Shown here piece by piece: positions 1 to 12,858 of a stretch of 64,000 nt of DNA; the first letter of the stretch is position 1; each line of letters opens with the position of its first letter. Origin of the DNA: Dicyema japonicum. Its lineage: Eukaryota > Animalia > Dicyemida. The position numbers and the translations under genes were made by a program. The DNA is taken from the NCBI GenBank assembly GCA_011109175.1, contig RDEW01000011.1, positions 869,061 through 933,060 on the forward strand. The letters run 5' to 3'. The notes beneath the pieces are model-generated. The model had not been told where the DNA came from and did no database searches. It saw nothing but the letters and a program-made list of their open reading frames with translations.

Positions 1-957
1 CCTAAAGCTTCGCCAACCAAGTCATTTGTACTACATTTACTACATGTGAACAGACACAATATCAAAACGAGAAACCTCCTTAATAATGTGATTACCCCAA
101 TCAATACCACGTGATAAGAGTCAGTTTTCGAACAATGACTTTTTTGCTTAACATTTGGAAATTGGGTGAAAATCTTAAAACTCGCTAAATGTCTTATTGC
201 TACCGCCAATTTGTCGGGCCAATATTGACCTGCTCGAGTCAATGGCTTGAACGACAGCAAAAGTTCGTGAGGACAGCCAATCTACCAACCATCTATGGCA
301 CCATTATCGAATACACCAAAATACAAACAGATTTCAAGTCTATTGTGTGATCAGCTCAAGATCTTGTCCTAGGACCTAGGTGGTTTGACCTTCCCATTGC
401 TGGTCATGGATCACTTTGTAAGTTGGGACATTATTTCTCGTTAACTCTGGAAATAAACAAATTATAATTTTTTAAATTTTTTGTAGGAAAGAAGTGATTA
501 ATGGCGGTTAATTTGGTTTAAAAAACTATCATAAAAACTACTGCGAAGATACATCCATGCATAGTACAGTTATCGGATGTAGACAAAGATAACAAGTCTA
601 GCCTGGTGGTTACAGTAACTTTTCAGGACAGTGGAGGCGAGGCTTTGATTGAATCGAAAAAAATAAGGTTACTTGCAAAGTCCTGGTGTTTTCAGTGTTG
701 AATTCAGTCACAAAGACTTGGATGACTGGATATTTATGGATTGGTGATTAATTTTGATATTTAGCTCAAGAATGAAAAAAAAACGAGTTTTACTATTAAT
801 CGACCACTTCCTTGCCATTCTGTCCCCACAAACTTGGAATTTATAAAAATAGTGTTTCTTTGCTAAAAATAGTACGGTTTGCTTCAACAAAAGGATATTG
901 GCAATAAAAAATCTTTGCATCAAAGAAAAACAGTTGGAATTAATTTTTTTAATAATA

Positions 958-2858
958 CAGTAAACTCTCCCAAATTTGCCATTTTGGTTCCAATATTTTC
1001 GCGGCAAATTTGGGAATTGCTTCTTTTTGATATCTCTAGTTTTTGCATGTAAAACGAAACCTCTTCGTTCTCACGTTCTCAAAGAATTTTTTCAATTTCG
1101 CTTAAATTGGATGCTATTTCATTCTTGTTTAGGGGTTTCATTTCAGTTTCTTCTTCACCCATTGCATTTTTTCAGAAGAATTTTTAGACATAAATTCTTC
1201 GAGTTTAATCGGATCGTGAATATCCGTATTATTATTTCTTATGTTCACATTTACTGTGGTGTACTAATACCCGACTTTTTTTAGAATTTTAAAACAATTT
1301 TTGATTGTTTTAGTTATACATCTTCCCAGGCAAGCCGGGTGGCATAGTGGTTGGGTGTCGGGCTAAAGTGGCTTAGGTCACGGGTTTGATTCTCGCTGCT
1401 CACCTGGTGGAAGGTTCCGCGCATCTACGATGCGGAAATGGCTTGACGAGTGACATCATCATCAGTGGAGATTCTGGATAGTCAAAAGGACATGCACACA
1501 AGAAAAATAAAAAACAAAGAAGTGAAGAGCATTCCTTGGTTCTCCCTCTACGATTAGTCATAATAACTCTTCTTTACTTAAATAAAGTGTGTGTTCTCCA
1601 CGAGCGAAACCCTAGGCATCTTACGTGCTTATGGCAACGCGGTAGTGCTTAATTGTTTTTATTGTTATCTTCCCAGGCCATTTATAAATAGAAAAATGTC
1701 TTTAGGTTCAAATTTTTATATGATTCATAAACTGGCATGTTTTCTTTTTCCAATAATCCAGTAGGATACTCCAATTTGTGTCTTTAAGTAGACTTTGAAT
1801 GTTTTAATAATTCCCAAATCCATTGGCTGAATTATTCCTGTTTTTTTAATATTTTCCAAATTCGATGGCAAGCAATGAGAAATACAAATATCTATGAAAA
1901 GCAAAATTGACTTATCTGCCCTAAAAAGTTATCGAATTTCATCATCCAGTCAATAAAACTAAATGAGGTCATCCACGCTCTTTTGGAACTGTAATACGAA
2001 ACAGAACACTGATTTTGAAACACTTTGGCATTTTTGATTTTCCAATCAATAAAGGCTTTAATTTATGATTTCCAGACATTTTTGTGCATCACAGATACTC
2101 TATCTTTGAAGTTCTTGTATCCTCAGAATGAAGTCTTGCAGAAACTTATGGATGGTAAAAATCCCAGTTTCATCCAGGTTATGAATCTGCTCGCAGGTAA
2201 ATGATTTTGAAAATTTTTGAAATTCTTTGAGAAACCCTTCAATATCGACACTTTTCTCAGTGCACATTTGCCCATGTAATTTTCTCAGCCGAAATCTATG
2301 CCTTTTCTTAAATTTGGATAAAATCCACAAGAGTTTTTGAAATAGTGGAGATAGCTTTTTTACTAAGAATTCTGATTTACTGGATATTAATGCATCGTTC
2401 AACAATGCACCTTAAAATTTAAAACCAGTAAAAATACCCTTTGAGTCCATCGAATCCATCCACTCAACAAGCTTTTCATCAAGTTTCGGGAACTAACTTT
2501 TTGACTGTTTTTGTTAAGGAATTTTTAGTTTTAAATTGTTCCAAAATCGACTCACGGTTCTTTAAGATAGCGTTAAATGTTCACTTTAAATAAAAAGGAA
2601 AATTTTTCGGGAATTCTTTGGAATGATAAGTCGTTGTCGTCCTTATAACGCAATATTTGCACTTTTTGTTCGTTAGTGAGTCTTTTATATCGACCACTAG
2701 AAACACAACGGGCATGCTACTCGAATAAATTTTTATTGTCTTAATTTTCAGTAATTTTTTTAAACTTTAAAAAAATTATGGTAAATTTCCACTAAAATTA
2801 GAATATTTCTTTAAAAAATGGCAAATCTGAGAATTGGCAAATTTAAGAGAAATTACTG
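958..2858 (-). mobile_element. pogo/Tigger-type DNA transposon, decayed
   Basis: Imperfect TIRs CAGTAAACTCTCCCAAATTTGCC (958) / GGCAAATTTAAGAGAAATTACTG (ends 2858), TA on both sides. ORF 2100-2405(-) has a CENP-B-type HTH and the NLDETG motif of DDE_1 transposases. A SINE is nested inside. Confidence 0.9.
1332..1666 (+). mobile_element. tRNA-derived SINE (family S), copy 1, with alternative 3' tail
   Basis: A-box TGGCATAGTGG, B-box GGGTTTGATTCTC, shared core GAAGGTTCC..GCATCTACGATGC..TGACGAGTGAC. 12-bp TSD ATCTTCCCAGGC at 1320-1331 and 1667-1678. Confidence 0.9.
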
Positions 2859-2860
2859 TA

Positions 2861-4390
2861 CAGTAAACTCTCTCAAATTTGCCATTTTTGGTTCCAGCGA
2901 AATTGTGGCAAATTTGAGAATTGGCAGATTTTAGAATAAAATTTTATTTGAATTTTTAATCAATTTATTAAAGGATAATTAAACTTTTTAAATTAATAAA
3001 TTTTATTTTTAAGGAAAACAATATTTTTAACTTTAAGCATTTCAGCCTTGTTTAATGACTCATGTACTTCTACACTATCGGATTCTTCTTGTTCCTCAAT
3101 AGCAATTAATTTCTCTTCATCATCAATTGCATCCTTTTCATTGTAATCAATAGAAATAAATTATTCTAATTTAATAGGATCATAAATATCTGTTCTGGAT
3201 ACGATTTCATCTGTTATATTTATGTTAATAAGTTATGATTCGCATTCTGTACGTTCTAGACGTTTAAAACAGTTTGAAATTGTTTGGGATTTCACATCTT
3301 CCCATGCTATATTTACAAACAATACAGTATCCCTGAAATTTAGCTTCTTATATGATTCATATACTGAGTTCTTCTCGCATTCCAATATATCCGTTAAATA
3401 TAGTAATTTGTGCCTTGTAAAATGAACTTTGAAAGATTTGATGATTCCCAGATCCATAGGTTGAATAAGTCCTGTACTTTGGAATAAGAAACTAAGGAAT
3501 TATAATCATATTTCTTGAAGCATCGGGGCATTTTTGGTTTCCCGATCAATAGAGGCTTTAACTTTGTGTCCCTGACATATTGGCGCAAAGCATGACTGAA
3601 ACTCTATCCTTGAAATTTTTATATCCGTCGAAAGGTGATTTGCAAATCTCCGAGAAGGAATCAATTTATAAAATATTCCTGTCTCATCCAAGTTATAAAT
3701 ATTTTCATACGAGTAACTCTTTGAAACTTCTTCAAATTCTTTTAAAAAGCCATCAATATCACATGTTTTCAGTGCGCATTTCGCCGTGTAATTTACGGAT
3801 TCGAAATCCATGTCTTTTTTTAAATTTCTCCAAAAACCCGTAAGAATTTTTAAAATTATACAACGAAAGTTCTTTAGCGAAAAATTCTGCCTTATGTAAT
3901 ATTAGAGAATCGTTCAATAAAGCACCTTAAATGTTAGAGTAAATAGTGTACCTTTTGAATCCATTGAATCCATCCAATCCACTAGATTTTTATCAATTTT
4001 AATTTTTTACAAGTTTTTAGCTTAGGATTTCTGTTCTTGAACTGAAGTAAAAGCGATTCTGCATTTTTTAATATTGTATTGACTGTTCTTCTTGAAATTC
4101 TCATTTTAAAAAGTCTGACATGAAGCTGATTTATTGGTTTCTCTATACCGCAATATTTCCACTTTTTGAGCAATTGAAAGTCTGGTGTAGACTCCAACAG
4201 GAACATTCCGACCCATGCTTGCTTTAAATTATTTAATTTTTAAAAATATTTTAAAAATAAAAATAATATTTTAAAATGTTGGGAAATTTCAGAATTGGCA
4301 TGTATCATTAGAAAAATAGATAAAATCGATAAAAATGGCAAATTTCAGAATTGGCAAATTTAAGAGTGGCATATTTGAGAGAGTTTACTG
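2861..4390 (-). mobile_element. pogo/Tigger-type DNA transposon, second tandem copy, frameshifted transposase
   Basis: TIRs CAGTAAACTCTCTCAAAT (2861) / ATTTGAGAGAGTTTACTG (4390), TA flanks. ORF pieces carry IYNLDETGIFYKLIP, KLKPLLIGKPKMPRCFK and MDLGIIKSFKVHF. Confidence 0.92.
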
Positions 4391-4879
4391 TATATGTCAT
4401 GATTCTTTATTTAAAAAAATCTTAGCCTAGTTAGCCGAGTGGTTAATCATCTGAAAACGGAAACGTACTTTTATTGCGCTAAATGTCTACTTTGTTTCAC
4501 GATGACTGTTTTTCCATTCGCGACTCGTTTAATCACAGAAACCCTAAGTTCTATTCAAGAGAAATGTCAAGAACACGCATGGTCAGGGTTCGAATCCTCT
4601 CCAACCCTATAATGGAAAAACTCGGATTATCGTCTATCAGAAGCAGGACGGATGCTAGTTAATACGTATTGACTGATTAAATAAATTTTCTAATAATCAA
4701 AAATCTATAACTAAGGAATAACAGTGAGTTTTTTTGTTAATCAAAAATCTATTCTAATTATCAAAAATCTATGAAAGTGAGTAAATTGAACTGTTACAGT
4801 CAGAGTAGTACTTTTGTCGCTTGTAGTAGTCTCTTGGAGGGTTGATTCTGATGTCCCAATTTTTTGGTGCGATCTGTTA

Positions 4880-5169
4880 TTATTATTAAAAAGCACTCCT
4901 TAGAAAGCAAATCCGAGACCATAATGTTGGCAGGCCGACGGGAGGATAAAAAGGTGGACATTGTAGGGTCGTTTTTGTCTCTTGTAGACAGCAGACAAAG
5001 ACGTCATATTTGGTTAGATCGCATACCAGTTGGTGTTTCTTGTAAGGTTGTAGAAGTCCTCTGCAATTGAAAGATCCTAGAGTGAACAGATAAGTCGGTA
5101 AGGAATACGAAAGATACATTGGTCGAGGTGGTGACGACACCTCACTATGTCTTATTCGTATTCCTTACC
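4880..5169 (-). mobile_element. Bipartite non-autonomous RTE derivative (5' end and APE start fused to a 3' tail)
   Basis: 13-bp TSD GTGCGATCTGTTA at 4867-4879 and 5170-5182, (TAA)n tail. ORF 4886-5140 encodes the APE N-terminus (GSFNCRGL..VCCLQETK) and then runs into a tail ending AGTGCTTTTTAATAATAAT. Confidence 0.85.
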
Positions 5170-5674
5170 GTGCGATCTGTTAGAATAACTTTATTTTTAT
5201 TACTTCAAAGTCAATGCTGATTTTGAAGTCGTCGAACTTAATTCTGTAGTTGTCGATTTTAGTCTATAATGCAATTTATAGTGGTACGGAGTTGAATTTT
5301 CAGTATTTTCAAGTGGATTAGGCGTCTGAATTGTCTCCATCGCATCTAATAGTTTTTCAAAATTAAAAATTCTGCTTTGGCATAAAAAATAATAAATCAT
5401 TCCCGGAGAAATAATTAAATAAGAATTCATTGAGATTTGGATAAGTATTTGTAATTCGATCTCATAGCAGGCCAATTTATCATAAAATAGGTAGTAAGAC
5501 TAACGCATTAGCATGCTGGACTGTTGAACAAACTCGTTCCTTCTCCCAATTCAAGATAATTAGTAGGGCAACAAAAGTCAATAAAGTCAATTTCAATTCA
5601 GAGTTAGACTTTAGTCTGAAAATAATGATTAATTTAAAAAATGTCAAAAACAACAATCAATACAGACTGATTTG

Positions 5675-5996
5675 CCGCGTGGCGCCATGTAGTACTGCGT
5701 GGTTAATTGGTTTAAATTTTCTGCTTGCTTGTCTGTTCCTCCTCTCTCTTCCTAATAGAGTGGCGTCATGTGATCCACCTGTCTAGGTGACGCCCAGTGC
5801 CAGGCCGGCATGAAAAAGGATCATTTGCTCTCCCCCACTCCACTGGAGGGGTTTCCACAACTGCATGTAATGGACGTCTTACCCTTTATGCTGATTCCGG
5901 ATGGACTCTGTTTCTTTAGAAGTGGAAACTGGATACACTTAATTAGTTGGTTACTTTAACTTCTTTCTCGGTGTATCCGGGGTTAATAATAATAAT
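5675..5996 (+). mobile_element. Short retroposon family A, copy 1
   Basis: High identity to 18474-18793 and 56316-56559, with a (TAA)n tail. No TSD recognised for this copy. Confidence 0.88.
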
Positions 5997-6624
5997 TGAC
6001 ATAAACGTGTTTGGTTGTCATGCCAAAATCACTACATTAATGTATAGCAAATCGAAGATGTATGCTCTATGATTAAGATGAATACGAAATACAGAATGCT
6101 CGACTGTTTTGTTTTTATTCAATGATATATTCAATCCATCAAAGAAATTTAAAAGTGTTACAGCAAAGAATAAATCTATAAGATATCTTTTCAGAAAAAT
6201 CGGATGTCCTCCAGACGTTGTTACCAGAAGTTATTCCTGGATAAATTTTAGTGAGCTAGATGGTTTGTTGCAGTAAATTACTATTTCTGCAATTACGTCG
6301 CCATGTGTGATATAATTAGTTCTTTTGATTGTTAAGGAATTCAAAAAAATCAATTCAAATATAACAAAATCTAGTCTCGTTAAGATCAATCGTTTTTTTA
6401 ACTATCATGGATTAGATCAGTTGCTCAGAGTGGCATAAAAAATTAGAATAATGAAGCATATAAAGAGGGATGAAATATTTGTTTTTGTGGAGATCCAGAA
6501 AAAGTAAAGAAATATTTTACTAAGAAACAAAAACATAATGAAATTATATAATTACCAAGAAATTCAAAATATGACATGAAATGACTATTAAGATTTGAAC
6601 GGATACACTTAGACATGGAACTTT

Positions 6625-6921
6625 TTTTTAAGCCTTTTCACGAGCCATAGTATTTATAGCTCCGCATAGGCAGGACACACACTTTATTTAAGTAAAGAAC
6701 AGTCAATTTTAACTAATCGTAGAACCAAGGAATGATCTTCACTTCTTTTTTTTCTTGTGTGTGGGTCTTTTCTAGACAATCCAGTTCCGCAGTGAATATC
6801 CACCGTACGGCGTCACTCGTCAAACCTTTTTGGCATCGTAGATGCGTGAAACCTTCCACCAGGTGAACAGCAGCGAGAATCGAACCCGTAACCTAAGCCT
6901 CTTAGCACGACACCTAACCAC
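6625..6921 (-). mobile_element. tRNA-derived SINE (family S), copy 2, RTE-type tail
   Basis: 15-bp TSD TAGACATGGAACTTT (6610-6624, 6922-6936). B-box GGGTTCGATTCTC. Tail CTGCCTATGCGGAGCTATAAATACTATGGCTCGTGAAAAGGCTT followed by an A-run. Confidence 0.92.
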
Positions 6922-7439
6922 TAGACATGGAACTTTAAAGATCATTAATAAAGTTGAAATTTTCAATTAGAAAAATCAAAAATTTCAAAAACACTTATGT
7001 GGAAAATATGTGATTATGAGCTAAAATATCACTTAATTGTGAATAACTCGATAAACGATGATTGATTACTTTAAATTTTCATAAGCGTAGTTTACATATG
7101 AAAATAAAGTTGTAACTAGTATTTTTAGGCCTATTTTTCGGTCAATTTTTAAAATTTTAAGATCAATTAAATTGACTTTTTAAGGGCAATTTTTATTTTT
7201 TTCAAGTCAATAAAAATGTTGCCCTAATAATTAGTGTCATCGCTTTAATTTATTAATTTTATTTGGTCGGCACAAACGGACGTTCTCCCTTGGGTTCCTT
7301 CCTTGGATCAATTAGTGTGACTGTTTGTGCTGGACATACCAAAGTGCGAATGTCGCTGCTACATTCCGGTCTAAGGTTCAAGGAATCTACGTTGTTTTTG
7401 GTTGACGGGTGATGACGTTATCAGTGAATATTTCTATAG

Positions 7440-8330
7440 GTGTGATCACGTCGCTGCACACCCCAAGACTACTCTAGGTTTACATTCCATGTCGCCTTCC
7501 TCCTCACCAGGCATCGATCTCCATGCTTCTCCTTAGTTTGTATACTCTCCAAAGTCTTCCGTAGCACTAGCGTTTGTAGATAAGCTTTGATCAACTCCTC
7601 CACCTTGAAGGCATCCAGGTAGCCCTTGAAGAATCTCGAAACAATTCCACCTCAAGTGATGACCACGGGGATTATTGCGCGGTGATTCGTTTGCCAGTGG
7701 TCATACTTGTAAAACTTTTCTACCTCGACCTGCTTGAAGCAGTTTTGCGAAGTGATCCCAGTCTTAACATAAACGAAAATGTCGGGTTTGTTATTCGTTA
7801 CAGCCGTATCCGTTCTGATCGTCGTGTCTATCGAATCTCCACTATTCATTTGCGACAACAGATTGTACTGAATTAGTCTTCAGTTTCTTAGTTTTTCTTA
7901 TTCCATATTGACGGCAGGGATGTGGGTGTAAGCATCGATTACTTCGTTATGCCATCTCCCAAATGAGAAATCTTCCATGTGAAAATGGGAAAATATAATC
8001 ACGAATCAGAGAACCCTACTAACGAATATGGTTGTCATAGCAACTTGGAAGTGCACCTCCTCTCCGCAAAGGGCCACTACCTAACTTCATGGATTCATAA
8101 TCTAGTTTCCCCCAAATCTAAACCACGGTGTTCCCGAAGGACCTCTGTTTATCGTTGTGTCAACCAGTCTGATTAACTGCACCACATAACTCTGTGTTTC
8201 CACCGCTCTTGTTCACCAAGATCTAAGGTTCACTTCCCCGGTTACCTCCCAATGAACTCTCCCGGTCTCGTACGTGAGCCCAGCTGAGTAGACAATAATA
8301 TCGTCCCTAGTTTCTTAACATCAAAGCAAA
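7440..8330 (-). mobile_element. R4/Dong-like non-LTR retrotransposon C-terminal remnant (restriction-like endonuclease)
   Basis: IRTDTAVTNNKPDIF..GITSQNCFKQVEVEKFYKYD in ORF 7652-7858. Many stops and frameshifts. Confidence 0.75.
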
Positions 8331-8846
8331 TTCAGCAAATCTAAGAATATTTACCGATTTCTAGTATTTAGAGACCCACGTTTCCTGCTGGAGTCTTTAC
8401 TGGAGGAGTCAAAGTAACCCAAGATAAAAGTGGGATCTGTAGCAAGTGGCAAGGGAACCCAAATGTAGTAAAGAAGGGTTCTCAAACTTTGTCATAAAAT
8501 TTTAAAAATAAGGCGACAAATTGTGCTGAAAAATCGGATGATTTTCTTTACCAATGACGAAGTGCCTTTTATCATCGAGGCAAAATTGAAGAAGATAATG
8601 GAGGTTTATGAGAATAGTTTTAACATTGAGAGACCGGGGGATGACAGAGTCAATAATAACAATCCATCTTTGTGAATGTCCTCGGATTGTCGAAGAAACT
8701 TCCCACTTAAATTTATTGAACCAAAAAACACCGTCATAGCCAGAATGAAAAAATCAGGTGATCCCGGCCTTCCTCAACAGCGGACTTCCTCTGGATGTTT
8801 GTAAACTAATGGTTTTTTATATAATTTAGGATTATATTTGGCGCCA

Positions 8847-8990
8847 CCAGAGATGGTGAACCACACGACCTACACTAACAATTCAAGCTCCCTGGAGCCA
8901 AAGGGAAGAGGAAGAAGAGTAGAAGCAAACAAAAAATCTTCAACTCAAGTAGCCACATAGCACCACACTAACGCTGGCGCCACGTGGTAT
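8847..8990 (-). repeat. Diverged relative of the family A 5' leader
   Basis: The minus strand CCACGTGGCGCCAGCGTTAGTGTGGTGCTATGTGGCTACTTGAGTTGAAGATTTTTTGTTTGCTTCTACTCTTCTTCCTCTTCCC aligns to the family A leader CCGCGTGGCGCCATGTGGTGTTGCGTGGTTAATTGGTTGAATTTTTCTGCTTTC...CTCTTCC. Confidence 0.6.
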
Positions 8991-9399
8991 TCGATAGAAA
9001 ATCATTATAAGCCAGACAAAATCGTCACTTTACCCTTCATGTTCGCAGATAACCTTCTCTCGTGTCCTGGCCCGCCTTCTCGAGACTCAAAGGACCAGTG
9101 GAGCAAACATTATATAAATCGATGTCCTCACTGTCTCGAAGTAAGGACCCAAGATTATTTGTCTTCCTCAACTTTGTATAATTTGTAAAAAAAATTGAAT
9201 AAGAAATCAAATCTTTTTGTTGAAAAGTACAAGGAAAATATTAAAACCTGCAAAAGATAAAATGACCTGCGAAAAAGCAAAAAAGTCAGCAAAAGAAAAC
9301 TGTCAATCAATACTCCCAATGATACCACATCATCAAAATTGGCGGGCAATACAGTCCTCCCCAGGTTTGTCGATCATCTGCGACCAGCCTAGGTTGGTG

Positions 9400-11330
9400 T
9401 CGGCACTCCTGGAAGTTGTAAGCGCCAATTCATTCTGCGTGGACTTTTGAACAACACTACAAGAATATCCAGTATATTATCCTCGTGATTAACATCGAAA
9501 ATTCCTTTAACGACATACGCTGTGATGTAATTCTGGAGATTGGTTCATGCACCCCCTTCAATATACGACAATGTATATTCCTCCTACGGGAAAAAGTCAA
9601 ACCTGGCACATCGTAAATTCATCATTCCCTACTTTACAGAAATCCAGCAAGGGGACCACTTGGAGTCTATTCTGTTCAGCCTTGGAATCGGCCGTGTAAC
9701 AAATGTGCTTCTACTTCATTAAACACGTGGTTTTTAGACGACTGGACTATGGGGGGATAACCCAATAATGTACTGGATAGTCTAAGAAGGGTAACCTAAT
9801 TCGAAGACCTAGACCTAACGTTCAACTCTGCAAAACGCTAGATTAGTAATTTCTGATTCTAGTTTCCTGAATGGAAGTCAATCATATCATTCTTCCATCA
9901 ACTAATTCCTATGGTCGCAGATACCCCTACTAACCAGCTCGAAATACTTGGATGACCCCTAATAGAGGGATGAATCAACGATGCTCTTTTAACAAAACTT
10001 GTTATCTTGTTTGTATCCTGAACATCTCTTTATCACCCGTGAAATCTATTTTCTTATCGTTTATTTCGAAGTCAGGCCTATTTCCGTTAGAAGCCTAATC
10101 CGTCTTCAATTCGGTGAGAGGGGTGAGAGGAGACCTCTTCTTGAATTCATTTTGAGGAGAGATCCAAGAATTATTCACATTACGAACGGTAATCCAACTC
10201 ATCTCGTTATTGGTGACGGACTCGTTAAATCATCAGATTCAATAAGGTGATCCTTTTGGCCCCCTTCTTTTTGTTTCAGCAGTCGATGAAGCTGTCCGCT
10301 CGTTTGTGACGGCTTTAACTTGTTGGTATTTGAACGATGCTACGATCGGTGAATCAAAAGTCTCGAATATTTCTTCCCATTCTTAGCAGTTATGGACTCG
10401 AGATTAACGCATGTAAACCCAAAATTTGTAATCTGGGACTCTCGAAAGATGAATTCTCTAAATCACGAAGCTGGATCATGTCTTTTCTCCCCAATGCTGC
10501 TATTGCCGATGTGGAGACTTTCAACCTTCAAGTCTACTAAAGAATTGTGAGTAAAAAGTTCGATAACATTGGATTGATGCAAGCATTCTTACCCGTCAGA
10601 TTTGGGGGTATCGACCTAACTTCTCTGTGGACGTTTCCTTGCCATCCTTCCTGTCCTCTTATCAAACAACACAGTTCTTATCCGAACTATTTTTTTAGAT
10701 TTATGCAAATCTGCTCTGGTCGACAAAATTGCTGATAGATTGAAGAGTTGGTCGATGGCTTTTGAAGAACACACAGATTGAGGAACTGGACCAACATTAC
10801 GTTCAAGAGTACTCATTCGACCCATTGGAAACAGTGACTTGGACCGTCAAACTTGCATTCTGTCAGCCTCTTCCCCTCACAGCAGTGGCTGGTGAATGCG
10901 TTCCATCATCGTCAATTGGTTCCCGTCTGGAACAGGATGCCCTCCGAAATCGGATATCCTTCCGTCTCGGGATCGACTTGTGCCAGCCTCATCCACGTCG
11001 TTGTTGATCTGTTGTGGATTGCAAAAGACTTTACACGCTCTCTTGGCGTCTCAGCAGTGGCCGGTTTCCGAGACAAGACGCCATTTAAGGGTTGTTCATC
11101 TCTCTTAGGGCGGCTGGTTTCCAGTCATTTTGGAACCTGTGGGCCTGGATCGTATAGATGGCAAGCGCCCTGACGAGGTAACTACCCTTTCTCTCGGAGG
11201 AAATGCTAGATTTGGGATGGGTCCTAGGAGATTCCCAGTCACAATAACTTGAATGATGTTGTGAATCGCGGACTGGAGTCTGCCTAACACCCTTCCATAC
11301 TAGAGCCTAATAGCTTGGACAAGAAGGAGT
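9400..11330 (+). mobile_element. CRE-like non-LTR retrotransposon remnant (RT, Zn finger, REL endonuclease)
   Basis: RT pieces EIQQGDHLESILFSLGI and xFLDDWT, QAFLPVRFGGI, LNAFHHRQLVPVWN..ISFRLGIDLCQPH, then the RHxxLNDVV..GLESA..ILEP region. Heavily frameshifted. Confidence 0.8.
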
Positions 11331-11529
11331 AACAATCTAAAGAAGTCAACTAAATCGGAAATGATATTACGACCACTCAGCGATTTTCGCGTACAAAAAT
11401 GGTTTCGCGGCCTCTAGGTATGGGCATCACTACAATGCAGTGTGTTTTGGCAATTAAAACATGATTTTTACAAATGTCTAAGTTTCTGGTTTCAAATAAA
11501 AATTCAGAATAAAAATTAATAATGCCATT

Positions 11530-12130
11530 GCTCTGATGACTTAGGATTAAGGATTAAGCTTGATGGCTTAGTAGGATTATAGTCATATGGTCTACTCGGC
11601 AATATATACTCCCTTAAGCTGTAAGGTGGCTGAGACTATAAGATACATGGATGTCAAATCGTCACAAATAATAATCTCTTTCAGCCCACAGTCTCAATAT
11701 CTATGAAATAAGAGATCGGACATTATCCAGATGGTGGAATGTATAAAACAATTTGCCAATAGAGATGTGTTCCAAGATATCCCCCTCACAGAGTGAAGAC
11801 ACAGCTTGACAGACATCCGTGAATACAATTCCGCTAATATAAAAGCCTCCATCGGATGTACTTACCCTATCCTTCCGTATAACAGAGAATCCTGGGAAAC
11901 ATGAAGTGGAGACTAATCTGCAAATATTTTACTCCTGAATTAGCGCAATGTGACTTTGAGGCCTCAAAACACATAGTTCCATAAGTTTGCTACAGATCTC
12001 GTTGACATACAGTTGTGGAATAGTTCACCAGACAGCAAGAAGGTAATACAGAGGATATAATGAAGCCACCCCGTCGTGGTAATCGGTGAGGTAGAGGATA
12101 TAATAATTCTTTTCCAGCACCACTACAAAA
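11530..12130 (-). mobile_element. RTE-like RT C-terminal remnant
   Basis: Degenerate minus-strand translation resembles the RTE region after YADD. There is no long ORF. Confidence 0.35.
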
Positions 12131-12165
12131 GATGAATTACAAAAAATTTCACATAAATTAAACTA

Positions 12166-12778
12166 CAGGGTTTTATTTAATAACTTTGTCAGAAAATTAA
12201 ATAACTTTGGCAAAATGTTTTATAACTTTTGTCAAAGGTCAAATTAGAAAAAAACAATTTTATAATTAATTTAAAAAAACAACTGTAAATTAATATTCCT
12301 CATTAGCCAATGCTTTAACTAAATAGCTCCGCATGTGGCTATACAAATCATTGCACACAATGTCGATAGAGAGACATTTTTTCTTTGCACATCAAATAAA
12401 GAATTTTGTAAAGTCTTCACCGTAAATGAAGCATCTTCTTCAATTCTTTTAGTCAAAAATAAAATGTTCGATGAATTAAGTTTTTTCGTCCACAATTATG
12501 TCTTGTTGAGGCGAAACTTCTCTTATTTTTGACGATGGAAACAACTGTCTGGTAGTTAATGCAGATGTCTTCGCTTATTTTCGAATAAGACAATCCTGCT
12601 TCATATTTAATTATTATAAGTTTTCGGTTATCCTCGGATACAGTAATATTTTTGTAACTATTCATTTAATTTATTTTGCGCTGAAATTTGTTTTTTGTAG
12701 GAACTTAATAATATTAAAAATATTTGACAAAGTTATTAAATTTTATGACAAAGTTATTAAATAAATATGAAAACCATG
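12166..12778 (-). mobile_element. Tc1/mariner-type element, internally deleted
   Basis: Imperfect TIRs CAGGGTTTTATTTAATAACTTTGTCA / TGACAAAGTTATTAAATAAATATGAAAACCATG with TA flanks. ORF 12453-12665 encodes a paired-like HTH (RKLIIIKYEAGLSYSKISEDICINYQTVVSIV..GRK). Confidence 0.8.
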
Positions 12779-12858
12779 TATGATTTAAATTATTAATGTA
12801 TTAAACAAAAAATTAATAATAATTCAAATATATTAATATTGTACTCTAATTAACCTTA

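Larger units (their letters stand above)
5564..7226. mobile_element. hAT-superfamily DNA transposon, non-autonomous, with two nested retroposons
   Basis: TIR TAGGGCAACA/TGTTGCCCTA, perfect 8-bp TSD ATAATTAG (5556-5563, 7227-7234), AAAGTCAA subterminal repeats, and a PDVVTRSYSW remnant near 6210 resembling hAT DVxTRWNS. Confidence 0.88.

Noticed and set aside
1333-1400. Family S heads as functional tRNA genes
   Set aside because: Anticodon loops differ between copies, the acceptor stem is incomplete, and each copy has a body, tail and TSD.
4426-4610. Split tRNA-like halves (TAGCCGAGTGGTT ... GGTTCGAATCC)
   Set aside because: The boxes are about 130 bp apart, with no acceptor-stem pairing or anticodon arm. 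It is probably a decayed SINE head, not a tRNA gene.
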